Shown: positions 36,510-36,827 of the stretch, in pieces
Numbering within the stretch: position 1 is the stretch's first letter
How the letters are laid out: every line of letters begins with the position of its first letter
Origin: Promethearchaeota archaeon
GTDB lineage: Archaea; Asgardarchaeota; Lokiarchaeia; Sigyniarchaeales; SOKP01
Length of the DNA: 36,827 nucleotides
Direction: 5' to 3'
NCBI GenBank assembly: GCA_016839585.1
Contig: JAEOTZ010000054.1
Location: forward strand, 1 to 36,827
Position numbers and translations under genes: made by a program
The notes under the pieces: generated by a model
Seen by the model: only the letters and a program-made list of their open reading frames with translations
What the model was told of the DNA's origin: nothing
Databases searched by the model: none

Positions 36510-36827
36510 CTAAGACTTAAGTTTTTTTAGTAAGTAAGCAAAATTTTTACCTAAATTCTCAAATGTTCTAATTCCTTCTTCATCATCTAATACTTCTCCT
36601 GGATCTTTTCCAATACCTAGATTCCAATAACTAGAGCCTACTACGAACATTTGCTTAATTAAAAAGAAGTAATTAATACTGGAGAATACATGATTTGCTC
36701 CTGCTCTTCTAACAGCTACAACAGCGGCACCAACTTTATGTTTTAAATGCCCTCCTGTAGCATAACCAGCACGTTCTATTAAAGCTTTTGTACTTGTTGT
36801 TAAGTCAGAAAAGTAAGTGGGAGATCC
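36510..36827 (-). CDS. Iron-sulfur flavoprotein / flavodoxin family, C-terminal part (5' end outside window)
   Basis: Hand translation GSPTYFSDL...[14 protein letters not shown]...VGSSYWN...DEEG...NLG...KLKS*. Confidence 0.85.
   Translation of the reverse strand, partial: GSPTYFSDLTTSTKALIERAGYATGGHLKHKVGAAVVAVRRAGANHVFSSINYFFLIKQMFVVGSSYWNLGIGKDPGEVLDDEEGIRTFENLGKNFAYLLKKLKS

Overview
AT-rich, gene-dense archaeal DNA, most likely from an Asgard archaeon (Lokiarchaeia-like). This is inferred from a uDENN/longin-like protein, a Rab-like GTPase fusion, a membrane protein with a cytoplasmic longin-like domain and poly-T terminators. I see no rRNA, tRNA, CRISPR array or mobile element. Main blocks: (1) a minus-strand cluster DUF2284 - corrinoid protein - RACo/RamA-type corrinoid activator - AbrB/acyl-CoA-ligase fusion - DUF6125; (2) a divergent TetR/DUF998 pair with two perfect operators; (3) a five-gene YehL/YehM/YehP-like MoxR-VWA operon; (4) a frameshifted CoA-transferase, a PAS-only protein and a GNAT with an internal stop; (5) a Cys-Cys-rich MarR with three operator-like sites, an unannotated 27-aa Cys-Cys peptide and an iron-sulfur flavoprotein; (6) a receptor-like longin protein; (7) two sulfatases with a GPH transporter, a saccharopine-dehydrogenase-like enzyme and an AlkZ-like glycosylase. 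The best candidate for a new system is the AbrB-like DNA-binding domain fused to an acyl-CoA ligase that lacks its catalytic lysine. A TTAC-N4-GTAA palindrome is repeated upstream of its own gene and upstream of a corrinoid operon that has no recognisable methyltransferase. All family assignments come from motif recognition by eye, not from database searches.
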